Shown: positions 25,201 through 38,299 of the stretch, piece by piece | How the letters are laid out: the number at the start of each line of letters is the position of its first letter | How positions within the stretch are numbered: the stretch's first letter is position 1 | Assembly: GCF_902459465.1 (NCBI RefSeq) | Contig: NW_022985693.1 | Span: forward strand, 372,001-436,000 | Length of the DNA: 64,000 nt | DNA from: Asterias rubens | Taxonomy: Eukaryota | Direction of reading: 5' to 3' | Made by a program: the position numbers and the translations under genes | Notes under the pieces: generated by a model | Databases searched by the model: none | What the model saw: the letters and a program-made list of their open reading frames with translations, nothing else | Told to the model about the DNA's origin: nothing

Positions 25201-27023
25201 CCCATGTCATCCATACAGTAGCGATGATGGCAAGTCTTTTCTTGATTTGACAATCTTTCTTATTCTGAAGGCAATGTTAGCTGTCTCATTTCAATGTGTG
25301 TCTTTGGGGTAGTTGATGTACATGTCAGTTTGGGCTCTAATCTCGTTCTTCTTGTTTCAACAAGTCTCTACACTGGCTGCTGTAGTCCCAGATTGCCATT
25401 TCAATACTTTGACATCTCCTTTTTCCAAGAAGCCAGACATTTGCAATGTTCAGTTTTAGTTAACGCATCGCAAACAACCCTTAACCCCGGGTCGTAGAGG
25501 GCCCAACCAGGTACAACCACCGAGGGCAAGTGGACCTGTAACATCGCGTGGGTAGGAGTGTCAAATCCTAAAGTAGCTCCTGCTACCCGCTACCCTTACA
25601 AAGTCCCTAAAACAGCATGTGACCAGGATAGCACTCAAAAGGTAATCAATGATTTGCTGTGGGTTAACTACTACATTTCAACAGGGGATCAAATAATCAT
25701 ATTATTGAAATCAATTAAACATCTACCATCTATTTTGTTTTGAAAATTATATAAGACTTTGCAACTGTGTAACGAGACTGTTAATAATTTCATTTTACTC
25801 TCTTTTATAACTTTGCTAGAAAATGTAGATTGTTAACCACACAGCATGTAACAGAGCCCATTTCAGAAACCCAGGAAACTGAGGACATATTTTGTATTTA
25901 TAAAGTAATTATAAGGAAGTATTTCTGATTGAACTTTCAAATTTGTTGAGGGACACAACAGTGTATTATCTTCAAATTACGTGGTAGACTAGATTTATCT
26001 TTCTATGAAAATTAAGATAATATGAGATAGGCCTAAATTACATTCAGGGTAGGGTCATAGAATGGTTTTTGTCAGCATTAAGCTGATTTTTACCCCAAAT
26101 TGTAAACAAAGATAGAATGAAAGCCACATGTGAAAATTTCAGCTGGATACAGTGTACACTTGGTGAGAAAACAGCAACAAACTGTCACTGTATTTTCACA
26201 TAAATGTTTAATCCATCCAATGTCAACAAAGTGACACTAAATACCAGTTGCATTTTAGACACAACATTCTCGGACGGACACCAACCCTAAACTTATCTGT
26301 GTTGTTGGGGGGAAAAAAAAGAAGAAAAAAAAAAGGGGGAAAAAACCCACTATTTCAAAGGGATTTAATTCTCCAACTTGTTTTATATTATCACCAACTT
26401 CAGTGCTTCTCCCAATTATTTCTTATGGTCTTACATTTTTAGAGTTTTTACATGAACCTATCTATGACCCTACATGTACCTTTAATTTAATTTATGCTAT
26501 CAAACCTGACTATTCAGAACTGCTAGAAAATCTCATGGCATGTACAGTACAGCGAACCGTTAAACTTGATAATTTAGTTAAATATTCCATCTTGTTCAAG
26601 ACTCCATCTTCTTCATGGAACTTCCCCTTCCCATCCCCTCTCCAGAAAAAAACCCAGACGTACATTTCAATGGTTCATTATTGTTGTCATCATTTGCAAC
26701 TGTACACTCTTCCATCGCACAAATAATGTAACAAACAAGTTACCTTTAAAGTGTGTATGAGCATTTTCAGTAACGATTCATATTTTTAAGGGGAACACAA
26801 GCATCTTTTGCTGTTGATTATCTTTCAGGATCAGATAAATAAAATCAAAGTCCCGTAACACTGACTGCCAGTAATAATGATCTCCTTTTCAAGTTAACCG
26901 TCTACAGGTCAGGATTTGAACCCACCATCCTTTTGATCATCAACAAAAGAACTTAGGTCCAGTTACCAACTTCTTGTAATCTTCATTTCCTTTTTGGTGT
27001 AGATATCTTGCAGTCAGGAGCTG

Positions 27024-27363
27024 GACTAATTATTCTCCTGATCTTCACCACAAGAATCTAAGTCCAGTTCTGACAGCTCTTACAGCTTTTATTTGATGCA
27101 GATTATGGTAGTGCGGAGTCGGACTAATTATTCTTGTGATCTTCACCACAAGAATCTAAGTCCAGTTCTGACAGCTCTTACAGCTTTTATTTGATGCAGA
27201 TTATGGTAGTGCGGAGTCGGACTAATTATTCTCATGATCTTCTACACAAGAATCTAAGTCCAGTTCTGACAGCTCTTACAGCTTTTATTTGATGCAGATT
27301 ATGGTAGTGCGGAGTCGGACTAATTATTCTGGTGATCTTCACCACAAGAATCTAAGTCCAGTT
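27024..27363 (+). repeat. 98 bp tandem repeat x3.4
   Basis: gactaattattct at 27024, 27122, 27220 and 27318; part of the unit resembles the reverse complement of the local SINE head (cf. 26900-26962). Confidence 0.95.
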
Positions 27364-29741
27364 ACAGACTACCCCATTATTGCTTCATGGTATCTTGCAT
27401 TCAAGAGTCAGATCTGTTATTTTCATGACAATCATTATACCAACCACATTTAACATCTCTTTTTTTGTTGTTCATTAAGTGAGTAAAGATTACGTTGACC
27501 ACACAAAAGTCTGCTTTATACCATGGCAATAAGTGTTGTACATCACCTAACATGATTAGTTTATATTTGAAGATAGTCTGTTGAGGAGAGTTAATTTCCT
27601 CATTTCATGATGAATGTTTACTGCCACGCACAGGTAAACAACATGGAAGATTCTTAAGAAATTTGATTCAAATAAACTATGTTTCACTTGAACCAATCAA
27701 GTCAAATATATGCTTTGATGTTAATCCCCACAACTGTATAATTATAATTGTCCTACATACTGAAAATGCCATGAGAGAAGTCTTCAGAAGAATAAATTAC
27801 GCTTGATAAAAAATCAAACTATTACTTGTTTAATCTAAGTCATTACAAATTTATGAAGTTTGTTTTAAGTGTCAGGGGTGAGAGTCATCACTAAAATCCA
27901 AATTTCAAACGGTATGTTGGTAGCTCTACCAGTTGTAGATTAAGGGAAACTCTTTTCAGGACAGTATCCTCAGCACTACATAATAAGTACATGTTGATCA
28001 ATGTGCATGAATTCTAATGAAAACTAACAGCTAGTTTTCTCAACAGACTGACATAAATAGTCTTAGTTCAGATAAAGTTGTGACATTTCTCATCCCTAAA
28101 CATGAAAAGCACCTGTTGTTTTTGTTTTGCTATTAAATTGTGCAGTTAGGATTGGAATCATTATTCATATGACCATCATCACAAGAACCTGAATCCAGTA
28201 ACTGCCTTCTGATAACAATATCTCATTTATAAGAAAAATACAACAAACTGACTTCTCCACTCTTTCATTCTGAAGTTCTCTTTCAACAAATATATAGGCC
28301 TCAAGCCATGAGATTTATCAATTAAATTAATATTATATTAAAGAGATGGTTTATCATTGGATTGTATTTATTCAAATCCTTTAGTTCCCCACAGAAAATC
28401 ATAAAGTAACCTGCATAAAGCACAATACTGTGAATTTTTCACAAAAAAAGAATTGTTAATAATGTTGAATACTTTATGCCCACCTTTCTTTCCTTTGCCA
28501 GGAAAGAGGAAATGCATGAAGACAAGGTTAAAACAAAGTTTTGTATTATTTAACGATTATAATATTCTGTTCCCACAATTTCTTTTTTTGTTTCTTTTTG
28601 AACCCCACCCAAGCCTAACCATGTCTTTAACACAACGCTTCATTTGATTTTCAAAAATCACTACACTGCAAAAACTGGGGTGTTTCAACTAACTCTCTTG
28701 GTAACTCTATGTGACATCCATGGTGTTTATTGTCCTCTTTGCTATAACATTGGTCAAGTTAACAGGCCTGTATGCTTTGTTTCTGAAAGGGCAATGGCAC
28801 CAAGGCATGTATCTCTTCAGTTAAATTTACAATTTCCTCATATGAGGATATTGTAAATTTCTACTGGAGGCCTGGAGCATTATAGCGCCCAAGGCACTGA
28901 CCAGCCTTCGTTGCCTCTGTGAAGTATCATGCATGAGTTAATAGTGTTGGTGTTAGCTAGATCAATTCTGAGGACTCTAAATCCAATTTAGTCCACCATG
29001 GGCAAGGAATTCAACCCAATTCTTAATGTTTAAATATGGGGGCCATCACTGCTTAAGTGAAAATGAGGGGAAATCTGTGCTGGGCAGCACAGTGTGATTT
29101 TGTTCTGTGTAGCCTGGTGGGGTCACTGCCCATCGTGGCTATAACACTGGTTGTCACATTTAGATACCAAGAGATTTAATTTGACATCCAGTTTCTGCCG
29201 TTCTCCTGGTTTACAGTTAGACTGAATATTGAGTTGACAAGAGACAAAATCACGCTAACACAATCAAAGTGAAGTGAATCAGGAAAAAGATTTATTATAA
29301 GCACTTTTGTTTGTTACTGCCTGGCAACAACTATAAGAAACTCTGACGCAAAGTTGTGCTAAATCTTGTAAAGCCTACATGTATTGAGCATAAATGAACA
29401 AGTCCTTGTTCATAGTCTTAGCATGACAGAGACCAAAAGGCAAAATCAGCATTATTATTTAGAATGAGAAATTTGTTTTTAACCAATTGTTTGAAAGTAT
29501 GAATTGAGTTGGTAATATATTAGTACAGGCCAGTAATTGGAAAGCAAGCTTGATTTGTATATCTGTGACAAGTATACCCTTTCAGAACGTTTCATGATTA
29601 AGATTTGAAAAAGACATTAGTTGGACTATTCACTTTCATTATCTTTGAACTGTAAGTCAGATCAGGGTGGGCATTATAAGGTGAAGGTTGAATGCAGAAT
29701 AGTGCCCAATATTCTAACAGATCAAGGAGAAGAAAAGTATA

Positions 29742-30151
29742 GTTTGTTTGTTTGTTTGTTTGTTTGTTTGTGTGTTTGTATGTTTGTTTGTTTGTTGTGG
29801 TGTTGGGGTGCTGGTTTGTGGGTTTGTTTGTTTGTTGATGAGGTTTTTTCTTGGATGATCTTCCCAATGCTGGAACTTGGCAAAGCTCCCACAAGGGGAC
29901 GATACAAAACAATGTGAAGTTGACAACAGCCAACCTCTCTAATTAATACACAATGTATATTGTGGTTTAATGTTTATGACTTCATGGTTTGTTTGTTTGT
30001 TGATGAGGTTTTTTCTTGGATGATTTTCCCAATGCTGGAACTTGGCAAAGCTCCCACAAGGGGATGATACAAAACAATGTGAAGTTGACAACAGCCAATC
30101 TCTCTAATTAATACACAATGTATATTGTGGTTTAATGTTTATGATTTCATG
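29742..30151 (+). repeat. (TTTG)n-rich microsatellite followed by a ~166 bp tandem duplication
   Basis: gtttgtttgtttgttgatgaggttttttcttggatgat...tttatga.ttcatg at ~29822 and ~29988. Confidence 0.9.
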
Positions 30152-30199
30152 AATTGTATAAACCAACAAGTTATTAGAGTTACTGTGAACTCAGTGGTA

Positions 30200-30275
30200 A
30201 GCCTTACTGGATTCGAACCCACTACACTCTAACCATCTAATCATGGTGACACGCCACTTGACCAGAATGAGGACT
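30200..30275 (-). mobile_element. tRNA-derived SINE head fragment
   Basis: Reverse complement contains tggtcaagtgg (A box) and gggttcgaatcc (B box) but no tRNA cloverleaf. Confidence 0.55.
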
Positions 30276-31019
30276 TAAGATAGTACAGAAGCTGTGTGTA
30301 TACCAGTGGATATTGCTCTCTGAGTGCCAACAGCCCATAGCCACCCCCTTAAATAACATTTTAAGGGGATTTCGACACTAAATACATTTTTATTATTATT
30401 TTGGCTTAATAGATATTGTGGTTGTTTTAAGAAAACATTTTTAAAGAGAAGGGGCTGATGGTTATGTGTCTCTTCATTATGTTGGTATAAGAGACTTGTG
30501 CTTTGTTTTTGAATTTTAAAAACCAAATTGGGGTCTGTTTTCTTAAAGTCGACTTTAATTAGTGATAATGAGTAGTTACAATTGTAAATGGCAATGGGGT
30601 ACAACTAATTTATTTTATTGAAAACTTGACATTTTGGATTGAAATAAAATGCTATTTAAATTGTCTGATCCTAAAACACATCCCAATGAAAAAAGCTGAG
30701 TTTCAGAATACTCATTGTACATTATTTTAACTACCATTACCATTTTGATTTGAAATAGGAGAACTTGAAATTCAGCCAGGATAAGTAAAAGCACACAACG
30801 GGATTGTATATACCTCCAACTTGTTTTTTACTTCTTGGTTTTTTAATTTCATTCCCATGTTGTTATGTTTTTCTTGTTATTCCCTGAGCGCTTTGAACCT
30901 TAGGAAAAGGCGCTATATAAATGAAGTTATTAAATTATTATTAATAGTTATAACTTGAAGTGTGGTCTGAGAAATGTTGCAAGTGAGTTTAGCCATTGGA
31001 CACTTTCTGAACTAAACAA

Positions 31020-31480
31020 AAATTTAAAGTTCATCGATTTACATATAACTTAAAAAAACGAAAGACTTCACTTGAAATATTATTCCATGTAATGCTTTAC
31101 TTTTAGAGAAAACATTAAATCAATTAGCAATTCGCGATATCAAGAATAATGGAGTTACTTTAAACACATGCGGAAACAAGGGTGGGTTTTCTCGTTATTT
31201 TCTCCCGACTCCGATGACCGATGAGTCTAAATTTTCACAGGTTTGTTATTTTATATATATCGGTGATACACGAAGTGTGGGCTTTTGGACAATACTGCTT
31301 ACTGATGGTGAGCGATTGCTTTAAAAGGCAAGTTATTACCAAGGAGGTCAAGTCTTTATGTTTTTTTGTAAGGTAGGAGAAACGGGTGAAGAAGAGAGTG
31401 TCTTCTCTTATTGAAAAAGATCTTATCCAACATATTTCTTCTGGCAAACTGCTTTTGTACGAATTATTGATACACCCTTT
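31020..31480. mobile_element. Old TTAA-MITE relic related to the 59871-60248 family
   Basis: Internal gatgaccgatgagtctaaattttcacaggtttgttattttat matches 60140-60182; termini degenerate. Confidence 0.55.
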
Positions 31481-32619
31481 ACTGTTCATTCCCCAAGTTT
31501 CATGACTTATAACAAAACTTTGTAATTATACTAGTTAGCATGACCAATTGTCACTAGAGTTTTTATTTCAAGATTTATCCATTGAAATTATTGTGCAAGC
31601 ATGATGCTAAGCTGGTAGGAATTTTGTGTTTTCCCAAAGCAACTTATGTTTTGTGGTTAGTCAAACAGCAATCCCCAAAAATAGTTTGACTTAAACTTTT
31701 AATTTGTTGAGCATATAAGTCAATAATTTTCTTAAGAAAAACATGGCCGTTTATAATGGTTGAGATACTAATTGAGAGTACAAAGTGCCATAATCCATCT
31801 GCAACTCTATCCGTTCCCTTTACAAACTTGTTTACTAAAGGTACTCCAAAACTAACTCCCATCTGCCTAATAATTAGTCATGTATCCTGTTACAATGGGA
31901 ACTGATTGCTCCAAAAGGTGATAACAGAAAAAAGCTGGGATAGTGAGTGTCACAAGAAATTGAATGCGCTATGATGGTTTATATTGTTGCAATTGTTAAC
32001 AATATTCAATTCCAACAAACTTGCCTCAACTTGGATCAATGAGTCTCAATATTATTAGTTCAGGTAAGATTGTTCTAAGTTGATACACATACACAGATGT
32101 TTGTAGAGACAACAAACTTATTGAACAGCAACTCATAGAGTGCAAATGCTGTTAAACTACTAAAATCAGCAGCTTAAGTTAGCAGTCACCTGTCAACATT
32201 TTCTTTTCACTGAAGGGATTCAATTCTTTACCTCAAAGCAAACCAAGCAAAAGTTTGCAATACATTTTTGTCCTCCATCTTAAACAAGTCCTTAAAGAAA
32301 CTCACCCATTACCCAGATGGTAGAACACTGGCTGTAAGAAACATGTTAATAGACAAACTTGCACAAACACATAAATAGTTTACAAAAATCATTCAACTCT
32401 CTCACCTACGAAATTTAATATTGGTGTCATTATAGTACAACAAAAATAATTGTTGCATACATTACCAGCAGTTGCCAAAGGAAACGACTGTTGCACTGAA
32501 GGTTTGAGAGAATATTAAAATCGTTTTATTTTGACCCTGTGATTTCTAATGAACCAAAAGCAATCAACTGACTTGGTTCCAATATCATCGGGGAACAATG
32601 TATAACAAATACATCCTTT

Positions 32620-32942
32620 ATAGGATTTGAGGCATTGCATGGTGAGGTATCAATGTATATTTGGTTTGCGGTAACACCATTTGTGTATCTACTTGCCAGG
32701 TAGAGTTTGTTCTTGGAGAACTGTCTTGCTTTATCCTACTGCCGCGGAGTAGATAATTGGAAGACTTCTTTGTTCTAAAAGAACTGTCCTGCTATCAACT
32801 ATTACCAGGGCGGATGGTATAGAAAACAGACTTGGACTACTACTTTAGCTTATAGGATCATAATTAACTGCTGCTGCGGAGTGAGTTTTGAATTGGTCTC
32901 ATTGTTTCAATCTAGCTTGCTCTAGTCATCGTCAGGAGCCTG
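32620..32942 (-). mobile_element. Hammerhead-ribozyme-bearing ~335 bp unit (Penelope pseudo-LTR or retrozyme-like)
   Basis: Minus strand ggctc-CTGACGA-t-gactag-agcaag-ctagatt-GAAAC-aat-gagacc (32895-32940); unit flanked by 12 bp direct repeats aatacatccttt (32608-32619 and 32943-32954). Confidence 0.6.
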
Positions 32943-33197
32943 AATACATCCTTTGTTATTGATTACATGAATGAGAGATTTAAGTGAGTTTTAACAGCTT
33001 CTTTTTATTTTTTTAAACAAAAGATGTGCGAGGGTAATCTAAAGTTCGTAATTTGTATAAATATCACATGAAATGGGAATCACTTGTTTGAGAATGTCTG
33101 TCCACTTCAACAATAGATTTGTCCGACCTTTGCCAATTTGATTTTCACTGTTATATCTGCATTGATAAACAAAGCACACATTAGATTGTGAACTGAC

Positions 33198-33324
33198 CTG
33201 CTCAAATTGATATTGAAGAATGATGTCACATCAGGAAAGTCCCTGATGACATCATACAGAGCCTACAGTCGTTTGACATCAATTAGTGGTGAAGTTGCTT
33301 TCTCCTAGTTGCTCATCAGGTTCA
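33198..33324 (-). other. Candidate internal exon of a minus-strand transcript
   Basis: Acceptor tctgttttattcag and donor gtcagt on the minus strand; a stop follows after ~15 codons if spliced to the 38169-38197 exon. Confidence 0.25.
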
Positions 33325-33723
33325 CTGAATAAAACAGATACACAAATTAGGACTATTGTCAATTACATGTGATTTTTTGGGTTCAGGGGTCAAAATTAAT
33401 GGTGGCCCGCATGGCCCCTGACCAGTGAAAATATCTCCCGGCCTCCGATTACAAACAAAACCGCTAGCCCGGCGGAAAAGTTAAAAATTTTCCTCAAAAT
33501 CACCGGACCCTTCCATTGGAGAAGGCATCAGGATCTGGGCCGAACTGCACGCTATGATCAGACCAAAGAAAAACCATTACGACTGCCGTCAGTTTGCTAT
33601 TAATAAATCACCAACTATAAAAATACATAATACATGCATGAACTTCAATTATCATTGTACATGTCCTTACTGTGATAAAAAGGTCGTGACTGCTGTCACA
33701 TTATTAGCTATCAAGCGCCTTAA

Positions 33724-34106
33724 AGGAACACGTTGCCTTGGATCGGACGAGTTGGTCTATTAAAAGCGTTTGAAACCGTTTGTTATGAAATGCATATGGT
33801 TAGAAAGATGTTTTAAAAGTAGAATATAATGATCCACACAAGTATCACTCGAAATTGCACGGTTTTCCTTTTACGTCGCGAACTATCACGGTCGGCCATT
33901 TATGGGAGTCAAAATTTTGACTCCCATAAATGGCCGACTGTGTTAGTCGACTAGGTAAAAAGAAAACCGTGCAATTTCGAGGCATATTTGTGTAGATCAT
34001 TGTATTCTACTTTTACAATATCTTTCTAACCACATACATTTTACAACAAACGGTTACAGAACGATTTTCAAAGACCAACTCGACAGATCCAAGGCAACGT
34101 GTTCCT
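33724..34106. mobile_element. 383 bp fold-back MITE with TTAA TSD (Kolobok/T2-like)
   Basis: ttaa|aggaacacgttgccttggatc...gatccaaggcaacgtgttcct|ttaa; the two halves are near reverse complements centred on gggagtcaaaa/ttttgactccc. Confidence 0.92.
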
Positions 34107-34457
34107 TTAACTCGCAATCGTGGGCTAAATGGAGGTTTATTAGAAGAGGCTGCTGTTTCAGCCAGTGACTGTCAGGGCGACTAAAAGCCACGATCAAAGA
34201 CTTGGAACCAAGTCTGCAAGTACATATCTGTTGCGTGCAAAAGCACTGCTGCTGCTGCTGCTGCTGGTATCCAGCAAACACAAAACAAAAAACATTACAT
34301 TGTGGGGAAACCAGTTTCCTCGCAGTCACACGCCCCTGGTCAACCCTAACCCTAACTCTAACCAGTACCCTAGCCCATGCTACAACTGAAATGTAGGAGT
34401 AAATACCAACATAGTAACATCCTCTTTAAGTAATTGTTTTAATGGTGAGGGGTGTTT

Positions 34458-34770
34458 TAGATAGACCTACCTTAGAGTGGGTTATCCTGATAACTTAGAC
34501 TTAGAGTGCATCTACCAGTCAGTCCATCCCTATAGGAATCAAAGAGTGCAGACCTTGTGTTGTAGATAGACCTACCTTAGAGTGGGTTATCCTGATAACT
34601 TAGACTTAGAGTGCATCTACCAGTCAGTCCATCCCTATAGGAATCAAAGAGTGCAGACCTTGTGTTGTAGATAGACCTACCTTAGAGTGGGTTATCCTGA
34701 TAACTTAGACTTAGAGTGCATCTACCAGTCAGTCCATCCCTGTAGGAATCAAAGAGTGCAGACCTTGTGT
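34458..34770 (+). repeat. 105 bp tandem repeat x3
   Basis: tagatagacctacc at 34458, 34563 and 34668; near-identical units. Confidence 0.95.
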
Positions 34771-36994
34771 CTCTTGCCAGTCAATTTATGTGAGTTTCTA
34801 TTACATTTGTAGCAGTCCATTCCTTGAGATCATCCTTTCCTGCAATGATCGTCTGATATTTCTTTTACAAGCAAGAATTGAAGACGATGAGGTTCTCAGA
34901 TCTGAGCACAAATAGAAATAAAGTAATTTTGTAGTAAATGGACAATTTCTCACTGTAAAAAGAGTTAAGTGCCCAGGGTATATTCAAACAGTACACTGAG
35001 CCGAAGGACCAATAAATCACACCACACAATCAATTATTAAGTTGCTTCTCCATAGTGTTGACTGGGGGAGTCAAATTCGCAGAGCCTTTTTTTTCACATT
35101 TTTCAAAATATATCTTAAATGGTTTGGAAGTAAGTATTGGCCCTTCGCTCGTAGGGATAAAGTAGGAAATGGTGGCACACCCTCAAGAGCTTAGATAATT
35201 AGAGAAATATATTAGTTTCTCGATAGAACAGTCACAGAAAATGAACTGTGTAAATACAAAGTCATGATTACACCGGTACAGTGCACATTCATTATTTTCA
35301 ACTGTAGAAGGACACCCTTGCCTTCTAAGTTTGAGCCCCTCCCCTTCCCAAAACAGACATCCCAAATGCAAGCAAGGTCTTGCAACCATCCCCCAATCCT
35401 CATCCCACTCTCAGATTATTATTTTTATGATATGTTTGGTGATCACTCTTAAAATCAATGGCAATAAAAACCTTTGGTTTGAAGCCCAAAGCATTGTTTG
35501 ATGTAAAAAAGATAACATATTGCAAGCTGTAAAATGTAAATCTTGTTGAGGGATTATTCTTCCTGTGTGGACATAATTCATTCAAAACCATGACTACTTT
35601 TTGATTGCAAGTTTTTATCTACATCTAGCATGTCTAGAGACTAAATCAGTAGAAACTTCAAAAAGCCAAAGGTACGCGTTGCCTTTGAGTAACCATAAAA
35701 CAAAAGTAAGACACATTTTCCCTTTCGCTTTTAATTTTTCAATTTTTCTTGTGTATAAATTTTCTCCAGTGCTTTTTAAAACTTTATATAAAAATGTAAA
35801 TCTGTATTTTAATTCAGTCTCTGGACTGCGACAAGCAGATGGTTTTTTTTTTGAACAATAAACCAGTAATAACAATAATAATAATTGTTGTTATACCCAG
35901 TTTCCATTTTTTCACTTGAGAAACATCTCATTTGATCAAATAAGACAACATTTGTGGTTGCCGAAAACGGACATTTCACAAAATTGTGTGTTTTTCCAGT
36001 GCTTTTGTTATAATTCCCCCACCCCCAAAAATACCCCCCCCCCCCAAAAAAAAAAAAAAAAAAAAGTGTATGATTACTATACACCTCTTACACCACTAGG
36101 TAGCCTCATCAATCAGTCCAATCCACTCTTGGCCCCAGCAACATTTAAATAAAAATCTGTAGGTTTTTTTCGGGTTCCTTTAAAGAATTCAGGTACTTTT
36201 TTGAAATGTCCCCATTTACGTTAAACTTACAGGGTTTGAAGATAATTGTCAGAATATTATCTAAACCCCCCTCTTTGTATAATAGAAGAGTCTGCAAAAC
36301 TTTTTGGGTAAGCTCAGTAGTTAAGTAGTCCATTGTGTAGCCCAGTAACTCAGGGGTTCTTTGAAACTAATAATCACCCATTATAAGTTTCTAAGAAAAC
36401 CACAAGGTATGCAGCATGCAGGTTTTTTTTTTACTTTTAGATTTGAATTGCTTTTACTTTTAGATTTCAATGTAGGCCTATGCTTAGTCAGCACATTTTA
36501 TTGTTGGGTTGTCATGCTTGAGAAAGAAATCACTTTAAAAAGGGAAGTTTCAAATTCACAATAGTTGCTAGGGTCTGGCATTGACAACAGTTGTGCACTA
36601 GTGAATCAAGTTGGAGTATATAGTAAGAGTGAGAGCGGGAAAGTGGGCAGTTTTCAATTGATCATGCCTCCAGAATGTTGTCATTGGGTGTAGCATACAG
36701 CTACAGCAGACATAATTTTGAGCAGCGACATTTTTGAAGACATTACTTTTGTAACGGTTTGTATGTTGAAGGCATTACTGAGTTGTAATCATCTAATTGT
36801 GAGAAGTTCTTGAGGGCCAGTGTTGCCGCTGTACAGTATAAGATACACCTTGATGTAGAAATCGTAAGTTATATTTTGTTTAATCCGTAGTTTCAGAGTT
36901 TTGAATAAAGACAAAAGCATTCATTGTACTACACCTAAAGACAAAGAGCTGATTGTGTGATTTTGATGGAAGAGTTTTTTAATAGAACTAGCTT

Positions 36995-37068
36995 GCGCCT
37001 TGAACACCCAGCAGGGTGGATACGTGCACATTACAAGTCTTATTATTATTTATTATTATTATTATTAT
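36995..37068 (+). mobile_element. Extremely 5'-truncated copy (3' tail only) of the L2 family at 49792-52442
   Basis: gcgccttgaacacccagcagggtggata.gtgc.cattacaagtc.(tat)n matches 52373-52442 with few mismatches. Confidence 0.88.
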
Positions 37069-38168
37069 CAGGGATGCCAGTGGCTCTTTCCTTCAGAGCC
37101 TGAAATTCTTTTGGTGAAGGAAAAGGGGTCACCGCCCCCCCCCCTCCCTCAGACCAAAAAACTATAAAAAACATAACAGCACTTTTTAAATAAAACATAA
37201 AGAAAGAGAAATATCTGACCCCCCCCCCAGCTTTGCTCAAGGCAGTCGCATTAATTGCTCTGAAAAGACGCCGCTGTAAACCCACCCGTATACCCTGTGC
37301 ATGGTGCGTGCAATCACACCGCATGACCCACCCGTATACACACTGTTACATCGTTACTACAAATGTTTGAAATGATGTAAATAATATTGTGCACAGAATT
37401 GTAAATAAGAATACCATGAAACTAAACTGAAATGTTTATTTCCTTTTGTTGCAAGAAGAACAGTGTAGACTAAAATAGACCCACATGTTAGGGCATTAGG
37501 CAACGCTAGTCAGTAAAATAACAAAATATCCTGACAATAACGATAGTAGAAAGCTTCCCTTAAAACATTAATTGCTGAGGTGCTGTATTTTTTTAAAATG
37601 AGTAAAAACAAGTCAAAAAAAGCACACAGACCCTTTAACCACTTATCAATAATGATGCAATCAATTGCTAAAATTGAAGGAACCCGACTAGTAATTATGA
37701 GATCAAGTGTGAGCGCCTCAACAACGACAATCATCGATCGAGAAAATTCACACTCAAAATTCACTTGGGGAAAGTTTGCACCACTTTTAAATAAATAAAT
37801 AGTAAGAATAATCTAATTTATGAGAAATTCCTTTTTGTTAAAATAGGTGAAAAAGTGGTGGCGCCATACGGAAAGTTATCCAAAATGACTTCTACTCTCT
37901 GAATGAAGGGATTCAACTTATTTTATTTTTATCGACACGGGAATGATCCTCAACACACCGATAGCGGGCGCATGTCTACTTTCGTGCCAGACAGCCATGC
38001 TTGCAGAGAATGTTTCAGAAATGGAAAGTTTTTACTTTTGTAGCTAACTTTTACGGATAAAACCTGTCACAATTACAGCTTGAATACAGAATGTCAGAGT
38101 TTGTTATGTTTTCATGCAATATAAACTGATACAAACATCTATAAATTATAAAGAAAAAATGTGCTTAC

Positions 38169-38262
38169 TTTTCCAGATTTAAGGATTTAGTCGCCATCTT
38201 GAAAAGGCCTGGGCCTTAGTGCGCAGGCGCCTTGTGACGTATTGAATTGCGTGACGTCACTG
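38169..38262. promoter_or_regulatory. Candidate bidirectional promoter with a minus-strand first exon
   Basis: YY1-type CAAGATGGCG (minus, 38192-38201), NRF1-like TGCGCAGGCGC (38220-38230), CRE TGACGTCA (38252-38259) plus a half CRE; minus-strand ATG at 38197 followed after 29 nt by donor GTAAGC. Confidence 0.5.
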
Positions 38263-38299
38263 GTTGGAAGTCCATTCAACCATGGAGGAAGAATTTTGG

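Noticed and set aside
34338-34376. Telomere-like (TAACCC) repeats
   Set aside because: Only ~4 degenerate units; too short to call an interstitial telomere, and probably part of a dispersed repeat.
12010-37798. Numerous 60-115 aa ORFs in the track
   Set aside because: No recognisable domains, many non-ATG starts, low-complexity or repeat-derived; expected by chance in AT-rich DNA.
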